Source: Octopus sinensis | Lineage: Eukaryota | Length of the DNA stretch: 64,000 nt | Direction: 5' to 3' | NCBI RefSeq assembly: GCF_006345805.1 | Contig: NC_043003.1 | Coordinates: 48,484,001 to 48,548,000 of the forward strand | Part shown: in pieces, positions 22,797-36,254 of the stretch | Position numbering within the stretch: position 1 is the stretch's first letter | Layout of the letters: every line of letters begins with the position of its first letter | Translations under genes and position numbers: made by a program | Notes under the pieces: model-generated | What the model was told of the DNA's origin: nothing | Database searches by the model: none | The model's input: only the letters and a program-made list of their open reading frames with translations

Positions 22797-24419
22797 AGAC
22801 TTAGTTGCTATTTCTTGCAGGTTAAACAACTGCATTCAAATTCTCTTATCTTTGCTAAAAACAGGTACTGTTTTGAGATTTGGCTGCTATTTCTTGCAGG
22901 TTGAACAACTACATTCAAGTCCCTTTATCTTTGCTACAAACAGGTACTGTATTGAGGTATAGTTCACTGGTGTAAGCTATGGTAGGGATAGACATTATTG
23001 TAAATGAGTGTTCCAATGGATTGTAACACTGAGCTCAAAATTTATCAGGGCATTTAAAGAAGTGATAGCTATCATCTTTTCCTGATTTCAGTAGACCTGT
23101 TCACCCATTATTAGATACCTTTCATTAAGAAAGTTTAGTTAATTAGATTTATTTATTATACTTGATGAGCTGAAACTTTGATTGATTCACAATATTGACT
23201 AAGAACAATGTATGGGAAAGTAGGGAGAGAATGAGAGAGAGAGAGATCTAAGTACTTTTATATTTTTTTATGCGAACAAGCAAGTAAAACTAGAATGTCT
23301 TATCTAGTACGTGAAGGTACACTTTCAGAAAGGTAATTAGGGTACATTCTCATAAAGCTATGCCTCTCCTCAACCTGGGAAAGAGTATGCCCCACCGACT
23401 CCATTAATTTGAGCATATGAAGAATAGTCTAAAAGGGAGGAATGAGGGAAAGATTTTATAGAAAACTAATTAAATAAACTTACATTCAAATAAAATAATG
23501 TAAAGCTCACTAAAAATTACAGATTTAATTTATAATTAGAGCAGAAAAATTCTGGCTGGATCTGACCCTAATTCTAATTGATGTGGTGAACACGAGTGGA
23601 TAGACAACATTTTGTATTTGAGGTGTGGGTGTGAGTACTTGAATGTTTACTGTTACTTCAAAGCAAATGGCATAGTGTGTGCAGAACAAAATAAAGATGA
23701 GAAATCAATGGATGGTAATGTTTATTTCAATAAAAATATTGAGAATTAGGACTAATAATTAAACCTTTTTACAAGTATTTAATTTAGTAATAGCTTAATA
23801 TACCAAGGTTGTTGTTGTTGTTTAGAATCAGGTCAACCTGATTAATAAAAGAGTAGACCTAAAAGACAATCCATATGTGACAATCCCATCTTTTATTTAG
23901 GCATAATTACTATTGTTGTTGATTTGAAACTATAGTTGAGTCTTGACTGAACAGGCCTACACTCTAAGAGTTTCCAACCATGGCCACTTCATTGCATATA
24001 ATATTTTTGACTACATTTTACCGATGTGTCTTTCCTTTTATAAAACAGTAAGGTATATTTTAAGGGAGATTTAGCTGCTATTTCTACTATATTGAGAAAC
24101 CATATGACAGCTTCCTTGGAGAGAGATTTTGATGCAATTTTTAGCAGATCAAGCAACCGAATTGAAGAAACCTCATTGGCTGATAATGTACCAATGTTAA
24201 ATTGCTTGACAGAAAGTGACTCCATGTGGTTAACTCCATGGTAACAAGGATAGAATGGCTACAGCAATTAAGATAAACTAAATGATAAGGTTCCACTGAA
24301 TTTAATGTTAGTTCTCCCTACAAAAATGGTGAGTTATGTTTCTGTACCTACATTCCTGGGATCAGATCAGATCAATGTAAACTCAGTGGTCATTTACCTC
24401 AGTTTTTAAAGAAGATAGA

Positions 24420-25166
24420 ATTAAATGTTTGGAGACGATTGTATATAATCTGCCCTAAACTATCAAGCTTTGGAATAGAAAGTGTCACCAAAAGTTCAAC
24501 TGCTACATTCCCGTTTGCCATTTTTTGTGAAAGTCTTGGTGATGTTATCTAACAAGCATGCTGAAAGATTTCATCAAAATATTTCTGTTGTTGAAAAAAG
24601 ATATCAAGACAAATGATCAGAAGGAATGCTTGCTAACTACTGCTGGAAAATGAAACTTGACACTCTTAGTCAGAACTGCATTGTAAATGTAAACATATGC
24701 AAAAAAACACAAACCAAATACCAAAACAACAAAAAAGACTCCAAAAAACAAACATTTTTTCTTCTACATCAATATAGTGACCTGAATGTTTTGGAATATA
24801 ATGTGTCAGAAAAACTTTCAGATTGAAATATAAAATAATATTTCCGTTAAATTTTGCTTTATAAGTAAAAAAAAACAAACTTCATGTTGTATTTGCTCAA
24901 AATGTTTCCCAAGAAATATGGATTATGTCGTAAGCCTGTTAAGATACAATGAATTAAATCTAGATTGTTCAAATGTCAATACAAGATATTGTCAAAAGGC
25001 TTCAAATGTCAAAATATTTCACTGTATCAAATTAAATCAAAGTATTAAAACTGAATTTTCATTAAACCTGGGGTGGATGTGAACAACTGATTTTAAATCT
25101 GTGGTTTGTGTTTTAGAATTAAGCAGGGTTGCATGACTTATAAAACAAACATTTGTCACAGCAGTA
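24420..25166 (+). pseudogene. Chapaev-3-like (CMC superfamily) transposase C-terminal relic
   Basis: 24479-24660 translates KVSPKVQLLHSRLPFF-(CESLGDV)-SNKHAERFHQNISVVEKRYQDK*SEGMLANYCW, the S.K.H.LHSHL.FF..NLG.VSDEHGERFHQDI..MEKRYQG.W...MLADYCW motif. Family name from recall; 3' boundary approximate. Confidence 0.7.
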
Positions 25167-25634
25167 TGATTCTTTCCCGCATGCAAGTTTTAACAAAAGA
25201 AAATAAAGAATAAATAATAATAACACTTTCTGTTCAGCTTCAAACAGTTCAGCTGAATATTTCTAAACAGGTAAAAGTTATTTCCTCATACTTACATATG
25301 TTTTTTTTTTACATTGATACAGAAGAATGTGGACAGCTATATATAGGTGGCACTGGAGACATTTCTGATGCAAAGTGGTTTTTTTTTACTTCATCAATGC
25401 ATCTGGTGCCAACAGGTTGTGGAATGCAGCCTGCAGATTTATCTGTTCTCTAGTTTAAACTGCAACTCAATGTAAGTTACAAGCCTCCTGAAGGAAATTA
25501 GTATAGTGATTGTGTCATGTTAAGAAGCTCCAATCAGACCTGAGTTATCCAATCAAATTTATATTCAAAATTCATAGGCTCAATTCTTTGAATATGCAAA
25601 AAATAAAAGGTCGTTGCCAGAGCAGCTAACAGGC

Positions 25635-25950
25635 TTCCATTTACCAGTTACCTTACTGGCACTTGTGCCGGTGGCACGTGAAAAAATATTTGAGTGAGGT
25701 CATTGCCAATGCCGCTGGACTGGCTCCTGTGCAGGTGGCACGTAAAAAACACCATTTGAGCGTGGCTGTTGCCAGTACCACCTGACTGGCCCTCATGCCG
25801 GTGGCACATAAAAGCACCCACTACACTCTCGGAGTGGTTGGCGTTAAGAAGGGCATCCAGCTGCAGAAACTCTGCCAGATTGGAGCCTAGTGCAGCCTCA
25901 GTCAAATCGTCCAACTCATGCTAGCATGGAAAGCAGACGTTAAACGATGA
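25635..25950 (+). mobile_element. RTE LINE 3' end with about 3 UTR units, abutting (TA/CA)n
   Basis: Family match. Confidence 0.85.
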
Positions 25951-25971
25951 TATATATATATATATATACAT

Positions 25972-26006
<35 letters not shown>

Positions 26007-26009
26007 CAT

Positions 26010-26082
<73 letters not shown>

Positions 26083-26100
26083 CGCACATACATACATACA
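25950..26100. repeat. Compound (TA)n(CA)n microsatellite
   Basis: Visible. Confidence 0.95.
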
Positions 26101-26524
26101 TGCTATTATTTACATCTATATCTGTTTCAAGACCCACCCATATAATGATTCATTTCACATCTTCTTGAAGCATCTACATTTCAAGGATTTATAAATCATC
26201 ATACTCTCACATCATCATAGTCTCACATCACCATAATCCAACATCTATCTGTTTGCAGAAGATGAGTGGTTGAACAAGATCTAATGAGTTGCAAGGACTT
26301 TATCAAGCTCTGATGTCAGCTTTGGCATGATTTCTGTGGTAGGATGTCCTTCTTACACCAACTACTTAACAGAATGTACTGTGTATTTTTTTGATGAAAG
26401 TAGCACTAGTGAAGCCACCAAATAACTTGTAAGACAAAGAAAAAAACTCATCAGTGCTCCAGCATGGCCACAGTCAAATGATTGAAACAAGTAAAAGAGT
26501 AAAAATATAAATGAAGCAACTTAC

Positions 26525-26653
26525 TGGCTTTTTTGTTGGTCATAGTCCTGATAATCTTGTAGTGGTATAATACAATATCCAATAAGCTCATCAGCTATTT
26601 TGCCTCGATGAAAGAGATTGACTTTGATTTCAAAATCTTTATTACTAATTGTA
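26525..26653 (-). CDS. RAB11FIP1/2/5: Class I Rab11-FIP C2-domain exon: TISNKDFEIKVNLFHRGKIADELIGYCIIPLQDYQDYDQQKS(H)
   Basis: Acceptor ttttatttattttgtag, donor CA|gtaagt, 129 nt, phase 2-2, open and in frame with both neighbours. HR...D..(L)G strand pattern of C2 domains. Confidence 0.88.
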
Positions 26654-27754
26654 CTACAAAATAAATAAAAACATAAATAAAATTTTTTAAAAAATTCATT
26701 TAATATTTTGACTATCTACAAAATAATCTTTGTCACTGCTTAACTATTTCTAATTAGATTTTGCATCTATTTACATTATACTGCATTTAAATGTTAAGAA
26801 TTTTCTTTCTTTTCTCTTGATTGTTAAACTACTAATAATACTCTATGAAAAAGGAAAAATAAATGACAAAAGAAAACACACACACACACAGGCCACTGAA
26901 TTTCCTCCAGACTGTAATTATTTCCATTTTTAATGACATGTTCATTTCATAAAATGTGTAATTAATAAGTCACAGGTTATATCATGCTGATGATTTCTAA
27001 AAAGAATGAAATCATGTCCAATACATGATCGTCACTAACTAGAAATGTTAAAGAAGTTTGAATTATCTTCTTTATTACAATTCTCTTCTTTAAAGTATGT
27101 CACCAAATCAAACAATCTATGATTTTCCTTTGGTTTTATCATAAATTTCAGGCACATCTTGAGTGGCTTCCAACCTCATACTTACATTTATCAGGGTTTG
27201 TCTTTTAATCCCTTCTTTTCCCTTTTTACTATTCCCTAGATTTTTCTATCTTTCTCTAATTTTGTGGAGAGAAACTGCTTAGATACAAGTTGGAAGGAGA
27301 TTGTTCATGTTTTTGTATTGGACTTAATTACTTGTTTGATTTACAGCAACTACCATCTGACCAGGTGTACTTATAACAGAGAAAGCATTCAGACCAGGAC
27401 TCTAGTCTAAATATAACTCCTTTACTTCTTCCTACCAGCCTCAAACATCCTAGCAAAGGTCATAGGGACTTCTCTGATTTATACACAGACACAGTCTCAC
27501 ACACACAACACACAAAAAATATTGAAAGCTCTTACACAAAAACTCTCTTCCATCAGGCCTTAGTTAATCTACCATTTTTTTCGCACAGTTAATTTTTGAT
27601 AAAAAATAAAATGTTTAAAAAAATAATTATTATTACTACTATAACTACAGCTGTTGCTGTTGTTGCCACCACCTCTGCTGCTACTACGGCTGTTTCTAGG
27701 TGGAGTAATATTCTAATATACCAGTAAGAAAAATAAAATATTTCCAGTACTTAC

Positions 27755-27857
27755 AGATCACATTCTTCAAACCATTCTGGGTTGCGGGCTTTCTTTATGG
27801 TGGTTGTCTGGTATTTCTCTTTACCCAGTTGTATTGTAGCATAGACATCATTGTTAC
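27755..27857 (-). CDS. RAB11FIP1/2/5: Class I Rab11-FIP C2-domain exon: (G)NNDVYATIQLGKEKYQTTTIKKARNPEWFEECD(L)
   Basis: Acceptor cctttcttgttgctag, donor CT|gtaagt, 103 nt, phase 1-2. IQLGKEKY.T...P.W.EE motif as in RAB11FIP2 (TNDTYTIIQLGKEKYSTSVAEKTLEPVWKEE, from recall). Confidence 0.92.
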
Positions 27858-28185
27858 CTAGCAACAAGAAAGGTTATAAGCATAAACAAAACTGCTGTGT
27901 GCATGTGTTTGCATGCGTGTGTGTGTGTGTGTGTGTGATGGAATTTATAGTGAGAAGGGTAACTTGTTAAATATTCAGAGATTTTTCCTATCACATTCTA
28001 TCAACATGAAAGACTATTTCTTGATTCCATCTACACCAGAGAAATAATTACCCACACCTCCAAGACTGAGTGAATTGGGACTAACATTCTAATAAAATGA
28101 GATGACCTGTAGATTATATACAATCTGTTGAATTGCAGCTTTTTAAAAAAAATTTATTTAATAAGGTTTAAAATTTTATTTAACA

Positions 28186-28553
28186 GGCTGTGTGGTAAGT
28201 AGCTTGCTTACCAATCACATGGTTCCCGGTTCAGTCCCACTGCATGTCACCTTGGGCAAGTGTCTTCTACTATAGCCTCGGGCCGACCAAAGCCTTGTGA
28301 GTGGATTTGGTAGACGGAAATTGAAAGAAGCTCGTCGTATATATGTGTGTGTGTGTGTTTGTGTTTGTCATCCCAACATTGCTTGACAACCGATGCTGGT
28401 GTGTTTGTGTCCCTGTAACTTAGCGGTTCGGCAAACAAGACCGATAGAATAAGTACTAGGCTTACAAAGAATAAGTCCTGGGGTCGATTTGCTTGATTAA
28501 AGGCAGTGCTCCAGCATGACCACAGTCAAATGACTGAAACAAGTAAAAGAGTA
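28186..28553 (+). mobile_element. SINE family A, full length
   Basis: Near-consensus. Confidence 0.9.
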
Positions 28554-29280
28554 AGGTTATTGATTGTAATGAATTAAATTGAATAATGAAAATGTATGTT
28601 CCTTTTTTCTGTTTGTAGAATTGTTCCATTTACGCTTATCTGACTTTTATTTGGTCTCTTTCACAGAATTTAAAATCTGTCTTAAATACCTAGAAGGCAT
28701 AGACATGGCTCTGTGGTTAAGAAGCTTTCCTGCCAGCCCTGAGGTCTTGGGCTCAGTTCCACTGAGTGGCACCTTGGGCAAATGTCTTTTCCTATATCCC
28801 TGGTCTAATCAAAGCCTTGTGATTGGATTTGGTAGACAGATACTGTCAAGCCTCCCTAGCAGATTCATCCATATTGGGCAAGTCAAAGAGTAGAAGATAG
28901 ATTAAAAGGTAGTTATTTGTCTTACACGTAGAAAGTTTGATGTGACTGGGAAGAAAAATTCCTACACCCACAACAGAAACATCAAGGAAAAAACTAAAGT
29001 AAATCTAGGGATTAGGAGGTCTCTACAAAAAAGTGAGTAAAGAATTGCAGCTGAACTGAAAGAAATTCCTGGCAATATGATCTGCATGTGTGTGTGTGTC
29101 TGGTATGGAGGTAGGGACAATTGAAGAAGATGACCCAGGTTAGGGAAGAGTGGATGAAGATCATTGATGACTTAATTTTTAAGAGGGGCTGAGGACCTGA
29201 ATGACTGATTCGAGCTTTTTCTGATTCTCAATGAAAAGAGGGAATAATTTCAAGAGATTAAAAAATCAAATTTTCAAAAT

Positions 29281-29828
29281 TACTATATTCATTCATGTAT
29301 AAGTTGCACTTGAGCAAAAGTTGAACTTGAGTATAAGTTGCACTTGTATATAAGTTGCACTTGTATATAAGTTGCACTTGTGTATAAGTTACATCCAAAA
29401 TTTAGTGTTAAATCTTGGTACAAATTTTTTTATCTTCATAGTTATAGCTTTGCCTCATGTGCAAGTCACATCTCGGTTTTTCATTTAGCCTCTTAACATA
29501 TTATCCTGAATATTTTCATTCAGAGATGCCTAGTAAAATATTTGAATAGAAATATACGTTCACAGTGCTCTGAGGTATCTGTCACTTATTTTTAACCCAA
29601 AATACTTTGTTCATGATGTTATTCTATCATTAACTCAGTAACTATCATTTCTATCAGTAATTTCATAATATATCATAACTGATCAAAAATATTCTGTGTG
29701 CTAATTCTTCCTTATATACAGATTCAAAATAAATAATAAAAACTATATTTTTGGGATGGAAATTGAAAAAAATGTGTATGTTAAGAGATTAAAATCAAGT
29801 ATAAAATAGTACACAAGTAAATACGGTA
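29281..29828. mobile_element. pogo/Tc2-type MITE with 17-bp subterminal tandem repeat
   Basis: Left TACTATATT (CpG-decayed TACCGTATT), right AAATACGGTA; TATAAGTTGCACTTGTA units at 29298-29390. Confidence 0.6.
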
Positions 29829-30686
29829 ATTTACATGCTCAGGAGAAAATTTTATATTTGCTTGCAAGCAAAGGAGACAACTATAGATACATTTTGGCCT
29901 TATTACATCTCATCAGCATAGTACAGTCTACTCAAGATTGGTTTAACTCTTTAGCATTCAAGATTACTCTATCAAATGTAATGCTTATTTAATCACATTG
30001 TTTAATAGTTCTAAGTCATAATATACATAATTTATAGTAATAATATGAATTTTTGTAATTAGATAAGTACAATAAACAATAATTAAATAGCAGAGAGAGA
30101 CTTGAGAGATATCTTATAAAACTGGGCCAAATAGCATATAGCCTCTGGATGCAAATAAGAACATCACACAAGTGAGCTGAAATCCAGGTTTTTCATAAAC
30201 TTAAAATATTCTGGAAGGTTCTTTTTTGCATATAAGTATGAACACTAAAAGTTACTTTAATGCCAGTCGACACCTATCAAAACTGACACCAAACATAATT
30301 GACTGCAAAATGTGTCAGTAAGGTGCATTGATTAATGTTAATTGAAAGTGGGTATAAGTTTAAACAGATGTGTTGTAAGTTCAAATTAGGGGATATATAA
30401 AAGAAAAAAAGAATTATGAATAATTTTTAGCTAGTATAATTTGCAAGTCACATAGCCTTTACAAAGTTATAAATAACTTAGTATATAAATGAGTCAGGAT
30501 GAATATATCAAAACAAATGTTCTGTATCATAATTAAATGTTTACACGCACACACGCACAATTATGGTTTTACACACATGACCAACAATGTATGAAATACA
30601 CACACACACACAAAAAACAATAGTTTTGGCAAGAATTTTGTAAGCCACTTACCATCAAAATTAATTTCTTCATGTAATTTAACAAA

Positions 30687-30815
30687 TACCTACCTACCTA
30701 CCAGACTACCCACCTACCTACCTACCTACCTACCTACCTACTTACCTACCTACCTACTTACCTACCTACTTACCTACTAATCTACCTACCTACCTACCTA
30801 CTTACTTATCAACCT
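30687..30815. repeat. (CTAC)n tetranucleotide array
   Basis: Visible. Confidence 0.9.
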
Positions 30816-31269
30816 GTCTGCCTACTGTCAGTATCATTGTTTTAGTACAAGCTTTTTTCCATGCTAGTATGGGTTGGATGAGACTTATTGAAGCAGATTT
30901 TTTCTAACTAGAAGGCTTTCCTGTTGCCAAGCCTTACTTGTTTGCAAGTAAAATAATGGTTATTTTTTTTTTAAATCATGAACCACTCAACACCAGACAT
31001 ATTTTTTGCAGCCAACATAAACAGTGACACCTTTCAATGCAGTGACACCTGTTTTACTCTGTGTGCAAATGATGCCAACACACAAAGCTAGCTACAAACA
31101 CACACACCACTATGTGATTTAGAAGCCGTTTTAGCATTAAAATTATATATAAAATTTTTATTTTGTTATAATTTTGTCATGCATATTTTCAACACTATCT
31201 TTATTTTGTTGTTGCTGTTGTGTGTTGAGTGTGTACGTGAATGTGTGTCTATGCATCATCATCATCACC

Positions 31270-31302
<33 letters not shown>

Positions 31303-31859
31303 TAATGTCCATTTTCTGGTATGGATAGGACAGTTTGATAAGAGCTGGCAAGCAAGTTGAAGAGCTGCACCAAGCTACAATCGTCTGTTTCAACAAGGTG
31401 TCTATGGCTGGGTAACCTTCCTAATGCCAACCACTTTATAGAGTGTACTGGGTGCTTTTTACGTAGTACCAGCACAGGTTCCTTTTATGCGGTACCTGCA
31501 CAGGTGCCTTTTATATGATACTAACATATAATTTTATACATTTTAAAAAAAATGCCATTACGAAAGATGAGAGGTTATTCATCATCTAGAAATGTCTCAA
31601 TGCAATGTGAATGCTGTTAACTATACAGGCATACCTGGTTCAATTGCCTGAGATGGTCCACATGGTTGGCAATATTCCAGCCCACCTAAGTTCTCTGAAC
31701 CTCGGCCCATGGATTCCAGGGTAAGGATTCTAGTCAATGGGGGTCAGAGGGAGGCAATGAATAGTGGGGTGGCAGGAGGTATGAGTGAAGGAAAGAGAGA
31801 TGGGGAAATGAGCTGTTAGCTGATTTATATTGAACTAAAGGGACTTTTGAATCTCCATG

Positions 31860-31879
31860 CATGTGTGTGTGTGTGTGTG

Positions 31880-31937
<58 letters not shown>

Positions 31938-31965
31938 ATGTATGCATGCATGTATTGATGTATGT
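31860..31965. repeat. (TG)n(TATG)n microsatellite
   Basis: Visible. Confidence 0.95.
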
Positions 31966-32540
31966 ATGTCTATATATGCAATGAACTTCTGCACACTTCT
32001 GCACACTTCTCTACCTTCCCATCACTTTCAAGTTCTATGTGTATACAGCCAACTGATTATAAGGCATATTTCACATTTTATTTTTGAATATTTTCTTTTC
32101 CTTTGTGTTAAAGTTTCATTTTGATTTATGATAGTTTTAATTTATGATGGGTCCTTAACTTCATCAAAAGTCAAAGAGTACCTGTATATATACATATCAT
32201 GTACATGATATGATAATACATAACATATATACATTAACACATACACATCTATACAGTAATCTTACAACAAATATGTTTAACAACCATTTTATTGCCCCAC
32301 CCCAATTCAATCTTAGCAGAATTAGAATGTGTACTCAAGTACTCAAAGGTATGAAGTTCATATATTACATATACCAATTCATTTTCTATTTTTTATTTCC
32401 AATACTGGACATAATAATAAATTTGTAGGAGTGAAGGTTAGGAGCTTGAGTAGTCCCCAGTATGTCCCGGTTCCTTATTTTATTGACCCTAGAAGGACGA
32501 AAGATATTTATAATGTGGAGGAGGAAGAAAAAATACTGTA

Positions 32541-32952
32541 TTCTTTTATTCTTTTACTTGTTTCAGTCATTTGGCTGTGGCCATGCTGGAGCACTGCCTT
32601 TAGTCGAGCAAATCGACCCCAGGACTTATTCATTGTAATCCTAGTACTTATTCTATCAGTCTCTTTTGCCGAACCGCTAAGTTACGGGGACGTAAACACA
32701 CCAGCATCGTTTGTCAAGCGATGTTGGGGGACAAACACAGACACATTAACGTATACTCACACAAATCATCATCATCATCATCGTTTAACGTCTGTTCTCC
32801 ATGCTAGCATGGGTTGGACGGTTTGACCGGGGATCTGGGAAGCCAGAAGGCTGCACCAGGCTCCAGTCTTATCTGGCAATGTTTCTACAGCTGGATGCCC
32901 TTCCTAATGCCAACCACTCCGTGAGTGTAGTGGGTGCTTTTTACGTGCCACC

Positions 32953-33007
<55 letters not shown>

Positions 33008-33179
33008 CATATATACGACGGGCTTCTTTCAGTTTCTGTCTACCAAATCTACTCACAAGGCTTTGGTCGGCCCGAGGCTATAGCAGAAGACACTTGCCCA
33101 AGGTGCCATGCAGTGGGACTGAACCCGGAACCATGTGGTTTGTAAGCAAGCCACTTACCACACAGCCCCTCCTACGCCT
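32541..33179 (-). mobile_element. SINE family A with an RTE 3' end (32763-32955) inserted in its (TA)n core
   Basis: SINE head 33010-33179, (TA)n, RTE tail, SINE tail 32541-32750. Confidence 0.85.
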
Positions 33180-34432
33180 ATACTGCATAGGACTTTACAG
33201 TTTCATTACTCATTATTTAATAAAATATCCTCAATATAAAACCAGAATTTAATCAAATAGACTATAAATTATATTTTGCACTACTCAAAAAAAAAAAAAA
33301 TGAAAAATATAAAAAAAAATCTAGTGGTGAGAGTAGTTAGTATTCTAGTCAGAAGAAATCATTAAATAAAACATTGCAAATACAGTGAAATTATAAATAA
33401 AATGGGCCATGTTGTATTGGTAAAGTAGTAGAATTATACATAAAAACATTAGTAAAAAATAGGATAAAAAAATTCTGGTAGTGAAGATCTGATTCATTAC
33501 TTAGTATGTGACATCAGGTTGTGAGTGAGTGAGTTTTGTGGGTGCTTCTGTCATGTATTTATTTGTATATCTGGTTAGCTAGCCAGCTAGCTAGCTAGTT
33601 AACTCCCCACCACTCACTCTTTCTCTTTCAACCTTATGTAAATGTGTATTTTTTTTGTTGATATATGCTTCCAATTGGTATAAAGGCTGATTGGTCGACA
33701 AGTGTCAATTAATTAGAATAGTTTTTGTTGCTACTAACTTTTCCTCAGCGTCTCAAATGTGTTTTTATGTTGGTCAATATTTATTTCATGAATTTAAGTG
33801 GGTACTTCTTCCTGAGAGGGAGCATGTGATTATATCACACGCACACACAGAGTCATATGTACACTTATCCTCACACAGAAGTAGAAGCACACATTCAAAC
33901 ATACATATAAACAACCTCAAACATACACTCCTCATATAACAATAAAGTCCAGAAAAAATTAGGTTGACGAATATGAAGAGAGATTATTCTGTTGGTTTAA
34001 AGAAGAGAAGTTTGTGTCTATAAACTTTCACATCCTCATTGAATGGTCAGATAGATAAATATAGCTCATCACGAGGGATTCAGTTGATGTTTAGCTGAAA
34101 TTTCTGTATGGTGGATTTCAAAATGGAAATATTAGCAGAAATGAGAATCCCAGAGAGAAGCAATTCAGGGAATGAAGAATTAGAAGAGTTGGGGAGAATA
34201 AAGCAATGGTCTATGAAGAAAGAAAAAATCTATGCATTTCATTACTTCATAAAATGTTAAATTAATTGATATACCTCAGGTTATGTTATGCTGTTGGTTT
34301 CTAAAAAGAATGAAATAGTGGTATATAATTACCACTAGCAAGAAATTAATTTTAAAAACTCCATAAGTAAGCAATAATAACAACAATATATATATATGTG
34401 TGTGTGTGTGTGTGTATATATATACTCTCTCT

Positions 34433-34638
34433 CTCTTTTACTTGTTTCAGTCATTTGACTGCAGCCATGCTGGAGCACTGCCTTTAGTCAAGTAAATCGA
34501 CCCCAGGACTTATTCTTTGTAAGCCTAGTACTTATCCTATCGGTCTCTTTTGTCGAACCACTAGGTTACGGAGATGTAAGCACACCAGCATCGGCTGTCA
34601 AGCGATGTTGGGGGACGAACACAAACATACATACACAC

Positions 34639-34699
<61 letters not shown>

Positions 34700-34872
34700 A
34701 CACACATATATATGACAGGCTTCTTTCAGATTCTGTCTACCAAATCCACTCACAAGGCTTTGGTCGGCTCGAGGCTACAGTAGAAGATATTTGCCCAAGG
34801 TGCCACACAGTGAGACTGAACCCAGAACCATGTGGTTCGTAAGCAAGCTACTTACCACACAGCCACTCCTAC
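34433..34872 (-). mobile_element. SINE family A, full length
   Basis: Family match; flanked by a long TA/TATG array at 34873-35010. Confidence 0.9.
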
Positions 34873-34929
34873 ATACATACACATATATATGTATATATAT
34901 ATATATATGTGTATATATATATATATGTG

Positions 34930-34975
<46 letters not shown>

Positions 34976-35499
34976 TGTATGTATGTATGTATGTATATAT
35001 ATATGTATGTATTCTATGCACCTTTTCCCTTATTCCTTCATTTCAAATTCAAACTCCTAATCCCACTTCATATTATGAAGAAGTTATTATCTCCTATGTA
35101 TTAACTGCCTACTGGGGACACAAATTTAGACTTAGTATTTCACTGGAGCAGAGCCTGTAGCAGCAGCAGTACTAGTAGTAGTTGAAGTGGTGTTGGTGGT
35201 GGTGGTAGAAGAGGTCATGGATGACACAAAAAATGGGTGAGCTGAAGGTTGATTGGTAATACTATATTTAGCTTTTTTTTTCATTCAATTGATAGTTATC
35301 ATCATTATCAACATTGTTTTAGTATTCACTTATTCATTACTTGCATGGGGGCAGACGGATTTTTGTTGAAGCACAATTTCTACAGTCAAATGTCTTTCCT
35401 GTTGCCAACCTTCACCTGTTTCCGAGAAAGGTGATATCACAAAAAACTGGAAACAGATCAAATCACTGATATGGTGACACTTGTTTACGACTATTATGC

Positions 35500-36190
35500 G
35501 TGGCACCTTGGGCAAGTGTCTTCTACTATAGCCTCGGGCTGACCAAAGCCTTGTGAGTGGATTTGGTAGAAGGAAACTGAAAGAAGCCCATCGTGCCAGC
35601 TAAGCTAAGTTGAACTGTCTAAAGTCGAAAGACACCTGTTGTTTTTGTCCTGTTATTATTATTATTGTTTTTAGTATTTATATTCGTGTGGCATTGTCCG
35701 TTTTTCTGTCCTTGTTTCGTATACATTCGATCCTTTTTCCAAGAAATCTAATGCTTGTAGCTTAGTTTTTCCTTGGGGCTGGCCGGATCAGAGCGATCTC
35801 AAGACTAATCAGCCGAAATTGCGAGGATGATCCGGTCCTTGACTGAAGATTAGAGGCTTTGAATGACCCGTCCGTTTTTTGTGTCGTCTATTTGAATGTT
35901 TTGCGTTCTTGTCCCATTTTGTATTTTTATATATATTTTTAATACATATATATAGATAGATATGTATGTATGTGTGTGTATATGTTTGTGTGTCTGTGTT
36001 TGTCCCCTACTATCACTTGGCAACCAGTGTTGGTGTGTTTATGTCCCCGTAACTTAGCAGTTCAGCAAAAGAGACCAATAGAATAAGTACTAGGCTTACA
36101 AAGAATAAGTCATGGGGTCGATTTGCTCGACTAAAGGCGGTGCTCCAGCATGGTCGCAGTCAAATGACTGAAACAAGTAAAAGAGTAAAG
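35500..36190 (+). mobile_element. SINE family A split by a 360-bp unrelated insertion (about 35595-35960)
   Basis: Head half 35500-35592, tail half 35985-36190. Confidence 0.75.
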
Positions 36191-36254
36191 AGAGTAAAGA
36201 GTAATAGCAAGATAAATACACAGACACACACATACTTCCATACACACACTCACA

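Noticed and set aside
23300-23440. Strong acceptor and 42-codon open frame (YSSYAQINGVGG...)
   Set aside because: Lies in a phase-2 intron inside the C2 domain; the phase-2 reading hits a stop and inclusion would break the domain.
25237-25471. Plus-strand exon-like segments (ECGQLYIGGTG...)
   Set aside because: Stops in each frame, a 52-nt intron would be needed, and no partner exons on the plus strand.
32801-33145. Recurring ORFs such as [22 protein letters not shown] and DGLLSVSVYQIHSQGFG (also 39457, 40037, 60344, 8080)
   Set aside because: Antisense translations of multicopy RTE 3' UTR and SINE sequence, not a gene family.
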